A DNA stretch of 64,000 nt from Anthoceros angustus (Eukaryota; Plantae; Anthocerotophyta), in NCBI GenBank assembly GCA_010909165.1, contig MU008179.1:496001-560000 (forward strand). The letters are read 5' to 3'. The translations under genes and the position numbers were made by a program. Below, piece by piece: positions 1 through 11,076 of the stretch (position 1 is its first letter; each line of letters opens with the position of its first letter). A model generated the notes under the pieces. It had not been told where the DNA came from. It ran no database searches and saw nothing but the letters and a program-made list of their open reading frames with translations.

Positions 1-976
1 GGAGAATAGGCGGCGATCCAAGGAATTGGACGTCGCCAGGCTGAAGAAGGAGCTGGAGGAAGCCAGGAGTCGGGCGGAGATACCGGCCCGCCTGGAGAAG
101 GAAGTGGCGGACCTCCGGGTAAGGATGAACGGAGGGACGAGAGCGCTGGAGGAGGAGCAGAGGCTGCTTGTCCGATTGCGGGAAGCAGAGGGGGAGCTCA
201 GCTCCATGGCCAGCAAGTTGGTGGAGCTGCAACGACGAAGGGAGGAGGAGCACGTCGAGCAGCAGCAAAGGCTGCAGGAGGTGTCGGAGGCCGCCTTGGC
301 GGCATCAAGGGAGTCCGCCCGGCTTCAATTGGCAAGCCCGGGCGACGGAGACGCCAGTCGGCCGGGCAACACGCCCGGCCAAGCACCTCTAGAGGAGGGA
401 GTACCGTGCTCCGGGCCCATGTGGAGGAGGCATTCAACAAGTCGACTCGACTTTGCCTACTACCACGCAGAGCTTCTCAAGGCATCGGAGGTGCCGCGCC
501 ACCTCGGTGGGATTTCAGACGGGTCAGAAGGAGGAGCGAGGGAGGAAGGCCCCGGAGATAGCACGGCCACGTGGACCTTAGGAGCGCTGTTTGACGACGA
601 CAGCAGCAGCGGCGAGGGGGAGCAGCTGGAGGAGCCGGACGTAGGGAAGGACCGTGCAGCCACCCGCGATTTTCCCCAAGGATACTGAGTGAAGTGTGAA
701 TGGTGAGAGGAACGGACCAGAGGGACGAGAGACAAACCTGAATGACACAGACGCGAATGAGTCCTTAAACGTTTGGCCACGCCGGGCCTGTCCGGTGAAT
801 GTTACGGGTAGTTAGTCGTAAAACGAGGAATGTGTGTGTGGGGTTTAAAACGGGCGCTATGTGAGGTGAGAAACGATTGAAACGTGGCCAACGGAGCCTA
901 TCATTCTCTTGGGAACGGACCTCCTTACTACAACGACACGGGATTGTGGCGCCTGGCCGTGAAAAGTCGCGCCACA
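1..976 (+). mobile_element. Element C, right portion (solo-LTR-like insertion nested in Copia-B), left copy, truncated by window edge
   Basis: Homologous to ~54410-55301; ends ...gtcgcgccaca, followed by acgac (TSD variant of ACAAC) and then Copia-B sequence caaaatcacaag. Confidence 0.75.
26..688 (+). CDS. C-terminal part of element C ORF; Glu/Arg-rich coiled coil with acidic tail, function unknown
   Basis: Open 220-aa frame (LKKELEEARS...LVELQRRREEE...RDFPQGY*); same terminus at 55024. Confidence 0.55.
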   Translation: MDVARLKKELEEARSRAEIPARLEKEVADLRVRMNGGTRALEEEQRLLVRLREAEGELSSMASKLVELQRRREEEHVEQQQRLQEVSEAALAASRESARLQLASPGDGDASRPGNTPGQAPLEEGVPCSGPMWRRHSTSRLDFAYYHAELLKASEVPRHLGGISDGSEGGAREEGPGDSTATWTLGALFDDDSSSGEGEQLEEPDVGKDRAATRDFPQGY

Positions 977-998
977 ACGACCAAAATCACAAGTACTC

Positions 999-1254
999 TG
1001 ATGAGAATCAATAGCTCTTAGATAGAAGAGAAACAATGGAATGAATTGATTAATGAGTAAAGTACAAGCCTTTAAATAGGCTGGGTGGTTGGTGGTTACA
1101 ACAATATGTTGTTGTAACCATAAGTAGTTGCAACCATAAGTTGTTGCAACTATAAGTTGTTGTAACAACTAACTACCTAAAGCCCTAGCTCTAAATTAAT
1201 GTTTAAGTAATGAGGCCCTAATGAATAGTGCCCTAAGCTAGACCTATTTCATCA
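999..1254 (-). repeat. Copia-A 3' LTR
   Basis: TG..CA termini; adjacent PPT (gtgagtgggag on minus strand, 1255-1265). Confidence 0.93.
1094..1167. promoter_or_regulatory. 4 x 16-bp tandem repeat plus palindrome in Copia-A LTR U3
   Basis: ataagt(t/a)gttg(c/t)aac(c/t/a)-type unit x4 at 1104-1167; inverted repeat ggttacaacaa..ttgttgtaacc at 1094-1119; minus-strand TATTTAAA at 1071-1078; present in all three LTRs. Confidence 0.7.
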
Positions 1255-1559
1255 CTCCCACTCACTATGAATGTAGGGGTGAATTCTAGCTTCAAAATGA
1301 GGTCTAAATCATAGATAGACTCCCACTTAATCAAAAGTTATAAGCCTAAGAAAAAGTCAAACTTAAGCTTATTGATGAATAATAAGCCTGAAATAGAAAA
1401 CTTAATATGTCCACCAAAATATTCACCAGAATAAGGTTGACAAATAATAGCTCGAAATAGGCTTAAAAGAGAGGCCTAAAATAAATAAATAAATCAGGCG
1501 CGGGCCTGAAAATAAAAGGCTTTAAATGGATAAGCCCGATATGGGCTTATCCTAAATCA

Positions 1560-1860
1560 GCCCCGGCCACGCCGATGGCAGTGGCGTACGGCCGTTAAGG
1601 CCTTCCGCACCGGCCGCGGCACGGGGGTGTCGGGAGGATAGCCGTCATTGTCGGCTCTCCTCCTCCCCCCGGGCATCGCGCTCCGCGCACATCGAGCTTC
1701 TCGGCTGCTCGCGCCCATCGCGCTGGCGCCCGCCGCCGCGCTCGCGCGCGCTCGCCCGCGCTCCGCGCCGCTGCGCCGCGCTCAGCGCCCGCTGTTGTGG
1801 GCACTTGGCGCGCTCCCCGGGGGCAGCGTGGTCTTGTGGTCGCTCCCTCACATAAAAATG
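1560..1860 (+). promoter_or_regulatory. GC/CpG-rich island and cataaaaa box, putative promoter of the Copia-A antisense gene (copy 1)
   Basis: Sharp GC-rich (cgcgct-type) block in AT-rich surroundings, ~100 bp upstream of ATG 1959; repeated at ~9420-9682. Confidence 0.5.
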
Positions 1861-1958
1861 CGGATGGATTTGCGCTCCTTGATGTGAACCTGATGTTGCT
1901 CCGCCTCTGTTAATGCATGATTGTTCGTTGTTGCGATTGAGTATTGTTGCATTATAAT

Positions 1959-3031
1959 ATGGCCGCGCCTCATAACGGTGAGATTCCATGTCCATTTGCC
2001 ATTGCACATTTTCCTCATATTTTCCATTGTTCAATTGCATTTTCATATCTCTTGCATGTTTGAATACGACTAATATACCTAATGTGGTGGCAGGTCCTCG
2101 TGTGGAGGAAGCCGTGCCCCCATGCTCCAAAGGACGAGGCCATGAAGAAAATGAAAGAGCAAACCGCATAGCAAGAAGAAGAAGGAAACTTGCCGCGCGT
2201 GGAGAAAGGGAAAAATTGAGCCGGGAAGCCGCCCGTGGGCGCATCTTGTGGTATAGAGAAGCACTTGCACGGGGTGAAGAGATCCCAATATCGGGCCCCG
2301 GCCGTAACATAGGAAAGGACATGGAAGATCCTAATTTCTCTTATGAATTCCTGCAAGCATGTGCCGAGGTGGCGAAAATAGGTGGAGAAATGGCCGATGG
2401 AGAGGATGACGTCTTGGTGGTACAAGCACTCGCCGGAAATGCCGAGGTCGTCATCAAAGAGGTCGAGGGGACTGGTAAGCCAATAATGTGCAAAATAAAT
2501 TGCAATAAATAATTTGATTGCATAAAAATACTAATGATTGTTGATGTAGATAATCCAACTACCGAGGGCTCGAGCTGTATCCTGAGTGTCCCGGTATGAC
2601 TTCAACATAGAAGAAGAGTCGGAGGAGCCTGGGACTCCATAAACAGACGGAGGCCCCAGTGTGAGGGCAGCCCAATGGAGAGCATATGCTAGCGCCGACA
2701 TAGGAGAAGTAGGGGCTAGGAAAGAAAAGTGAGTAGGTGTAAAACCTATAGTTAGGGGCTAGTAACTAGTGTAACCTATGCTAATAATAAGCTAATCTAC
2801 ATCTATTTTGCGGATGTGGAGAAAGGGTAGGCACAAGCCATGTGAGGTTTGCCCTACCTCTACAACCTATAACAAAACAAAAGGAAAATACCAAACTCCT
2901 ATTTGCCACTGAAACCTATGCGAGCAACATACATGGTGCTTCCGGAGGAAAGGACGACCACGAAGTCCCCATGGAATATGTATGTGAGAAAAAGGGATAA
3001 AAATGATGTGGTTAGGTGCATATCCATGTGA
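1959..3031 (+). CDS. Spliced antisense accessory gene of Copia-A, copy 1 (exons 1959-1977, 2094-2474, 2550-2728, 2814-3031)
   Basis: Donors GTGAGA, GTAAGC and GTGAGT; ctaat branch motifs; acceptors ggcag, tgtag and ttttgc(a/g)g; phase-1 joins are in frame; exons 3-4 have indels in this copy. Confidence 0.75.
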
Positions 3032-3246
3032 AGAGTACGAAGGACACACCAAGCACTTGTATAGTAAGTGACCTAACTTCGAATGACTAACTCAACACCA
3101 TTTTTCTTCCTGTAACCCATGGAGTGTTTTGTAGGGTCCTTTTGGGCATTAGAGAGAGAAGAGAAGTGCGGATGATTACTTGGAAATAGAAGAGGAAATA
3201 AACATGCTAGATAAACTTTGTGGATTGTAAAATTGGAAAATACCCA

Positions 3247-6200
3247 CTAGCTAGGCTTAACCTCTTGTACTCCTAACATTTTCATGTGTTTTAAATGCAA
3301 ATCTCTTCCTAATGACTTGGTTAAAAGGTCAGCTGGTTGTTTTGAGTTGGTATATAATTGATATCTATTGTTTTATTTTCTAACATTTCCGTATGTAATG
3401 ATACTCACTATATGTTTAGTTCGAGTGGAAAGCAGGGTTCCTAAAACATAGCAGCCATCCGTAGAGAGGTGTAGGTCCATCTTGGGGATAATTCAACTCT
3501 CAATGCTAACCTACTCCGGACTATATCCTTGGAGACGAGGTGAGGACCCTATACTCGACTGTCGACAAAGCAATGGTTGGTTGTTTCTTACTTGACCATG
3601 AAATGGGTGCACCTCCTAGCGATGCATAGCCGGATCTGATTTGCGGCTATCGGGATCTCCAAGATAGTCGGCATCGGATAAGTTGTAACTTAGATATGCC
3701 GGAACATGTTTATACATCAATCCTGTGTGCATAGTCCCTTTTAAATACCTGAATATTCTCTTGACACATTGCCAATGTTGTCGTCCGATTCTCAAAAATT
3801 GTGAGATCGCACTAACTTCAAAAGATATATCGGGTCTTGTGAAGTTACTTAAATATATTAAGGTGCCAACAGATGTCGTATGGTACCTGACATTCTCTTT
3901 CTCTGCATCTTTAGGGCTCATATCTCGTAAGCCTTGTGCCACTTGGAAATGGTGTGGCTGGCTTAGCATCTTCTAGTCCAAACTTCTTTAAGCTTTCTTT
4001 TATATATTTTGTTTGAACCAAGGAAATGGATTTATTACCTCTATTTCTTATAATGTTAACGCCAAGGGCATAACTAAGGTCTCCAGTGTCATTTCATAAT
4101 GACTTCTCAACCATGCTTTAATTTCAGCTAGATGGGAGAGTGAAGATGAAGCTAAAAATAAGTCATCCACATATAGTAAGAGGTAAATTGTGTCGTTTAG
4201 TCTTCGGATATACATGCTAGCATCCGCTTTGCTTTGAACAAAACCATATTTTGTAAGCTTGTCATGTATATCATTATTCCATTCCTTGCTGATTGCTTAA
4301 GGCCATAAATGCCTTTAATGAGCTGCATACATGGTCTTCTTTACCTTTGACTTCATAGCCTTGAGTTGTCTCATGTATATTTCTTCTTGGATTCGCCATG
4401 CAGATAGGCGCTTTGACGTCCATCATGTGAAGATGTAAGTCATGTTGAGCGGACAAGGCTATTATAATTCGAGGAGGCAAACTTTGCTACGGTGCATAGG
4501 TAGCCTGTGGTATGTAATCTAAACCCGGTATCTGGTAAACCCTCGCTACCACCTTGCCTTATATCGCTCAATAGAACCATCACCCTTACGTTTGATTTTA
4601 AAGACCCATTTACTTCCCACTATTTTTCTCCCTTTGGGTGGTTTAACTAATTCCCATGTGGAGTTTTCTACTAAAGAGTTGTACTCAATCTCGCTACCTT
4701 CCATGTGTCTTTCTCGGAGAGGAAAATGCTTGTTTCAAGGTTAGCGGTTCCTCTGGATCAACTGTGGCTTTGTAAACAGCTTGATAATAAGGTGTGAGAG
4801 GAGAAATGGGGTCATCGAGTGACAAGATATCCCAAAGGTGGTTCCTTCCATCCAGCAGTCCTGCAATGGTCTAGTCCTAAGATTGTACCTTGGTGCAGTT
4901 GTTGAATGTGTTCTTCAATGTCGACCACTTGTTGAGCCGGTTCCTGCGTGTGAGCTCTTGTTCGCTCGTCGTCGAATTCATCCACTTGCTCGTCGACGGG
5001 CTCATCCTCAAAGGAATACGATCCTCCTCACGAATTTCAACATCATAGTCGATTTCATCATCGGTTAAATGTTGAGGTTCTTCTAAATCGGATCCGGAGT
5101 AGTTGGTCGTCTTGGAATATATTCTAACTCCTCCTCCTCCTCCGCAATGAGGTTCATCCATAGGAGCTTGCTGCGGAGGAATGAATGATGACAAAATCAT
5201 CGTCATCAAAAGTGGAAGGCTCGGATGCGCAGAGGAAGGAGCATCGGGAGTAATGGGAGCAGATGCCCCATAATAGGAGAAAGAATATGAGATTCATGAA
5301 AGGTCACGCTCCTAGCATAAATGAGCTTTCGGGTAGATGGGTCAAATAACTTGTAACCCTTAATGCCTTCTGTAGCCAATAAAGGTATATTTGGCTGCCT
5401 TGGGATCCACTTCTTGCGTTGTACTTTGGGGATGAACACATAAGCGGGGGATCCAAGATTCGTAAATGATCAATGAAGGTTTTCTCCCGAAAAGCTTCAT
5501 ATGGAGTCATGCCTTGGGAGAAGGCGGTCTATTAAGGAGATATGTTGTCAATATAGCTTCAATAACTTTTAGATAATGTAGCTTGGGTGAGCAAACACTG
5601 TGATCTCCTGAGGCGTAAATTTTGTTTTACTCGCCATTTCTTTGAGGTGTGTGTACCACACTAAGTTGTTGCGCTATACCTTGTGCAAATTCAGCAAATT
5701 CATTGAAGTGAACTCTCCTCCATTATCGGAGCGAAGAGTTTTAAGCTTCCTGTCGGTAAGTCTCTCGCCCACATCATATATTCTTTGAAGAAAGAAAAGG
5801 CGACTCTTATGGCGGAGGATGTAGGTGAGGACGAACCGGAATAATCATCGATGAAGGTTAAAAATATCTACAACCACTAAATGAAGGTGCGGATATCGGA
5901 CCACAAATGTCTGTGAACCAACTCTAAGGGTGCCTTAGCCCTCCGAGGGATGGATTGTGGAATGGAGCTTGATGACGTTTGGTTATGACGCAAGCTTCAC
6001 ACCGAGAGGTTCAAGTTTAGGAATACAGGAGTTCTATACAGTTTCCTTAGACATTTGGATAAGCTTTTGGCTATTCGGATGACCTAATCGACTGCCAAAG
6101 CATGGTGCTTGAAGAGTGGAATGGGAGGCTACATTGATGAGGTGTAACGGACCCACTTGGGTGAGAGTTTATAGAGTCCATCTTCTAGTGTGCCGAGGCA

Positions 6201-7394
6201 GTTGTGATACTTATTAGTATGATAGTAAAGGAGACACAAATCGGCTTCAAGGATAATTTGCATGTTATGTTCTTGACATAAACTAGCGGTGACACTAGAT
6301 TCTTGCACATGGAGGGTACATAAAGGACATGGGAGAGAGTAAGAACCCTGGTGGAGCACTTTAATGCCACGGAACCTACACCAAAATATGGTGAGGTTAT
6401 GGTCGCCTAGGAGCTTGTTGTCCTTTTGATGGCGAATCGACTCAAAAAGTTAAGATCGTGACATATATGAGATGTTGCACCTGTCTAAATACCAATTTTG
6501 GTTTGATGGCTTGGAACTTGCCAAGCAGCGGTAAGTCTTGGATTTTCAGGGCTTCTTCTTAACGGCAACATGTGCTCGTGGTGACCTCCTTCTTTGGCTC
6601 ACCATTTTTCTTCTTCCAACAATCCTTCTCCATATGGTTGGTCATCTTGCACCAATTGCGGTAACTCCAGCCTTCTTCATGCCTTTGAAGGTTTAAATGA
6701 AGAAGTGGATGTTCCTTGAAAATTTTGAGTAGGAGTCGGTCTAGGAGTGACCGCCTCGGCCACGTCCTCTTCCTCCCGCGTCATTACACTACTGGCGGGC
6801 TGATCGGGATTTTCATTTTACGGCTTGCGTCCTCCTCAATAAGTGCTCCTATTAATTCACTTACGATATCCGGTTGTGGAGCCCGTTAATTTCTTGTTTT
6901 GTGCAGCTCTAAGGACCGCATTTTGCGTTGTCACAAAGGGCCTATAGGAGGCGGCCCAAGAGGCGGAGGAGGAGCGAGGAGAGCAATAAAAGTTTGTTTC
7001 TCTGTAAGTTTTCTTGAGGATGCATTGAAATTATTCTTTGCAATACGGAAGTTGCTCAAGTGTTGTTGTAAGGAATCGCCTCCTTCATCCTTATAGTATA
7101 TAAGTGACGTGTGGCGATCAATAAGCTCATTCCATCTTTGGAGGCATAAAGTGAGCTAACTTCTCCCACATCTCTGCGGTGTTTGCGTGCAACTTGGAGT
7201 ACCATCGCCGTAAGTCCGTTCATTAAAACGTCTCGGGCTCTCCGATCTTTGGCTTCCCATTCATCTATAGCATCGAGTCCCAAGTGGAACATTCTTCCGC
7301 TTGACAATATTCCATAAGTCGCGGCAGACACCTTGGGCACGGTGTTGCCATACGCACTTGCCGTTGAATCTATCTTTGTCTTTAAAGTTGTCAC
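3247..7394 (-). CDS. Copia-A gag-pol, copy 1 (many frameshifts, probably partly consensus errors)
   Basis: Zinc knuckle CKMTNHMEKDC; integrase ELV(H)TDICGP and LRSDNGGEF; RT YVDD and TRPDISF; RNase H TKHI..EYHYIR. Confidence 0.85.
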
Positions 7395-8051
7395 CTTGAA
7401 TCACTTGAGGCTTGGATTCATTACGCTTTAGCTTTCTCCTTTTCTTCCCTTTAAATTGCTCCCATTCATCTCGCCATATAGATTGTTGTTCTTCAAGCCA
7501 TTTGGTCTTTTGGGCAAAATTTTGCTCTGGCTACCAAGTCATCAATATCCACGTCGAGATCGTCCGACCCCACCATTGCAAGTAATTTTAATGATGCAGG
7601 TTATGCCGTGGTTGACACGCCGTCTTCTTGCATTGTTTTGCGGGAAAGAGGCGGCGGCACAACATTCTTCAAATTATGAATTTCGCATCATAATCGAATC
7701 TGCAGACTTACAATCAAGTGAGAAGAGACCTTGTGAAAGGTCTCGGTCAACAAGTCTATCGAGATAATATTGATTTGTTGTGTATTGTAAGTCAATTTCT
7801 CATTGATAGCGAGTGATTTATTCTAAGTTCGCTCTAATGGAATCAAGAGATTGCTGCGGATGATCCGGATTAGAGCGAAGATACTAGCCTTATTTTTATG
7901 TACTTAGAGATGGCGGACTCTATAGCACTATATTGATAAAGGCTAAATGTAGAAAGGAGAGCTTTACGAGCATAAATGATATCTTGTACTCTATCTCGAC
8001 TTAGACAAAGGGCTTCAATGAGACAACATACTTGTGCCTCTAAAACATCAA

Positions 8052-8560
8052 TCGAGGAGGAAAGCGTCGGGAGGCGAGAGGTCCGGACGGTCCTTCAAAA
8101 TGTCTGTAGGCGTCTGTGAGGCCCACGACGAGCCGAGGACCTCTCTGCAAGCGGGAGGCGGAAGCCTTGAGGAGGAGGAGGAGGGTCGTGGCGGTGCGCC
8201 GCGACTGGCCGTGGCTCGGCCTAGACCGGCCTGGCCGGCGAGGCTCGAGGTGAAGGCGGCGGAGGCGGAGGCGCGCAAAGGTCGGCCGGGATCTACCGAC
8301 GTGATCGAACCGTGGAGAGAAGCGGCGGGCGGCTAACTAAAGGCGAGCAGTGGCGTGGAACAAGCGGGCGAGCTGGAAGAGATGGAGGCCAGCACCGGAA
8401 ATAGGGGACCGTGCGGTGCAGGGAAGTGGAGGAGGCGGAGGAGGCGGAGGGCAACAAGGACACCTAGAGGCGCAACTCAAAGATGCGTCGGAGCAACATG
8501 GGATTCTCAATGGGAGAATCCAAGACTTGACGGATTGAGCGCCTCAACCGCTGACGGAGG
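8052..8560 (+). other. Internal fragment of element C embedded in the Copia-A 5' UTR
   Basis: Matches ~53857-54415; absent from the other Copia-A UTRs (15923, 17864); bounded by gaggag microhomologies. Confidence 0.65.
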
Positions 8561-8862
8561 AGAATTGAGGTCAAACTCCTCCCGAATGTAAGAAGATTTG
8601 ATTTGATGTTGTTCTTCTTCTTTGAAGCCTTGATCTTCCTCCTAAATTCTTGTCCTTGGATTAAAGGAATCCATGGAGGCGGACAAGAATTGATGCACAA
8701 TGTGTGCATCATTGTGCGCTGGTCACCGATGATTCTAAAGGCGAAATCTCCACGCATTATCTTCATTTGAAGTACTACAAACGCAAAAGCATTGGAGAGT
8801 AAATTGCCTAGAGCATAAGGAAGCGAGGTGCTCAAGCACAAAGAGCTATATGCTCGATACCA

Positions 8863-9116
8863 TGATGAGAATCAATAGCTCTTAGATAGAAGAGAAACAA
8901 TGGAATGAATTGATTAATGAGTAAAGTACAAGCCTTTAAATAGGTCGTGGTTGGTGGTTACAACAATATGTTGTTGTAACCATAAGTAGTTGCAACCATA
9001 AGTTGTTGCAACTATAAGTTGTTGTAACAACTAACTACCTAAAGCCCTAGCTCTAAATTAATGTTTAAGTAATGAGGCCCTAATGAATAGTGCCCTAAGC
9101 TAGACCTATTTCATCA
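8863..9116 (-). repeat. Copia-A middle (shared) LTR
   Basis: PBS tggtatcgagc (tRNA-iMet-like) on the left at 8852-8862; PPT on the right at 9117-9127. Confidence 0.93.
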
Positions 9117-9788
9117 CTCCCACTCACTATGAATGTAGGGGTGAATTCTAGCTTCAAAATGAGGTCTAAATCATAGATAGACTCCCACTTAATCAAAAGT
9201 TATAAGCCTAAGAAAATGCTAACAACTTAAGCTTGATGAATAATAAGCCTGAAATAGAAAACTTAATATGTCCACCAAAATATTCACCAGAATAAGGTTG
9301 ACAAATAATAGCTCCGAAAATAGGCTTAAAAGAGGCCTAAAATAAATAAATAAATCGGTAGCACGAAAATAAAAGGCCTTAAAAGGCTTTAAATGGATAA
9401 GCCAATACGGCTTATCCTATCAACCGACGCCACGCCAGTGGCGCAGTAGTGCAAGTTCCGCGCATGACGCGGGGTGTCGGGAGGATAGCCGTCATTGTCG
9501 GCTCTCCTCCTCCCCGCATCGCGCTCCGCGCCGCGCTCGCGCCATCGCGCTCCGCGCCGCGCTCCGCGCCGCGCTCGCGCCGCGCTCGCCCGCCGCCGCC
9601 GCGCTCGCGCAACTGTTGTGGGCGCGTAATTGGCGCGCTCGGGGGCCAGCGTGGCTCTTGTGGTCGCTCCTCGCATAAAAATGCGGATGGATTTGCGCTC
9701 CTTGATGTGAACCTGATGTTGCTCCAGCCCTCCTATTAATGCATGATTGTTCTTGTATGTGACTGTTGAGTATTATTGCAGTTATAAT

Positions 9789-10860
9789 ATGGCCTCATAG
9801 GTGAGATTCCATGTCCATTTGCCATTGCACATTTTCCTCATATTTTCCATTGTTCAATTGCATTTTCATATCTCTTGCATGTTTGAATAACTAATATACC
9901 TAATGTGGTGGCAGGTCCTCGTCGTCGGAGGAAAGCTGCCCCCATGCTCCAAAGGACGAGGCCATGAAGAAAATGAAAGAGCAAACCGCATAGCAAGAAG
10001 AAGAAGGAAACTTGCGCGTGGAGAAAGGAAAAATTGAGCGGAAGCCGCCGTGCATCTTGTGGTATAGAGAAGCACTTGCAGGTGAAGAGATCCCATGTCG
10101 GGCCCGGCCGTAATATAGGAAAGGACATGGAAGATCCTAATTTCTCTTATGAATTCACGCAAGCATGTGCCGAGGTGGCGGCAGTGGAGAAATGGCCGAT
10201 GGAGGATGACGTCTTGGTGGTACAAGCACTGGAAATGCCGATGTGGTCATCAAAGAAGTCGAGGGGGCTGGTAAGCCAATAAAATGCAAAATAAATTGCA
10301 ATAAATAATTTGATTGCATAAAAATAATACTAATGATTGTTGATGTAGATAATCCAACTACCGAGGGCTCTGGAGCTGTGTCCTCGGAGTGTCCTGGGTA
10401 TGACGACTTCAACATAGAAGAAGAGTCGGAGGAGTCGGGGGACTCCATAAAACAGGACGGAGGCCCCCAGCAGGCTGTATGTGAGGGCAGCCCAAGCTGG
10501 AGAGCATATGCTAGCGCCGACATAGGAGAAGTAGGGGCTAGGGAAAAGAAAAGTGAGTAGGTGTAAAAACCTATAGTTAGGGGCTAGTAACTAGCTGTAA
10601 CCTATGCTAATGATAAACTTATCTACATCTATTTTGCAGATGGGGAGAAAGGGGTAGGCACAAGCCATGTGAGGTTTGCCCTACCTCTACAACCTATAAC
10701 AAAAACAAAAAGGAAAATACCAAACTCCTATTTGCCACTGAAACCTATGCGAGCAACATACATGGTGCTTCCGGAGGAAAGGACGACCACGAAGTCCCCA
10801 TGGAATATGTATGTGAGAAAAAGGGATAAAAATGATGTGGTTAGGTGCATATCCATGTGA
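9789..10860 (+). CDS. Spliced antisense accessory gene of Copia-A, copy 2 (exons 9789-9800, 9915-10270, 10349-10552, 10640-10860)
   Basis: Same splice signals as copy 1; exons 3 and 4 open and joined in frame; exons 1-2 have indels in this copy. Confidence 0.75.
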
Positions 10861-11076
10861 AGAGTACGAAGGACACACCAAGCACTTGTATAGTAAGTGA
10901 CCTAACTTCTGAATGACTAACTCAACACCATTTTTCTTCCTATAACCCATGGAGTGTTTTGTAGGGTCCTTTTGGGCATTAGAGAGAGAAGAGAAGGAAT
11001 GATGATTACTTGGAAATAGAAGAGGAAATAAACATGCTAGATAAACTTTGTGGATTGTAAAATTGGAAAATACCCA

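Noticed and set aside
1104-1167. CRISPR-like repeat
   Set aside because: No spacers, eukaryotic context, and it lies inside an LTR
1988-2512. env-like ORF of a Sirevirus
   Set aside because: It is antisense to pol, and its hydrophobic N-terminal part is intron read-through rather than a transmembrane segment
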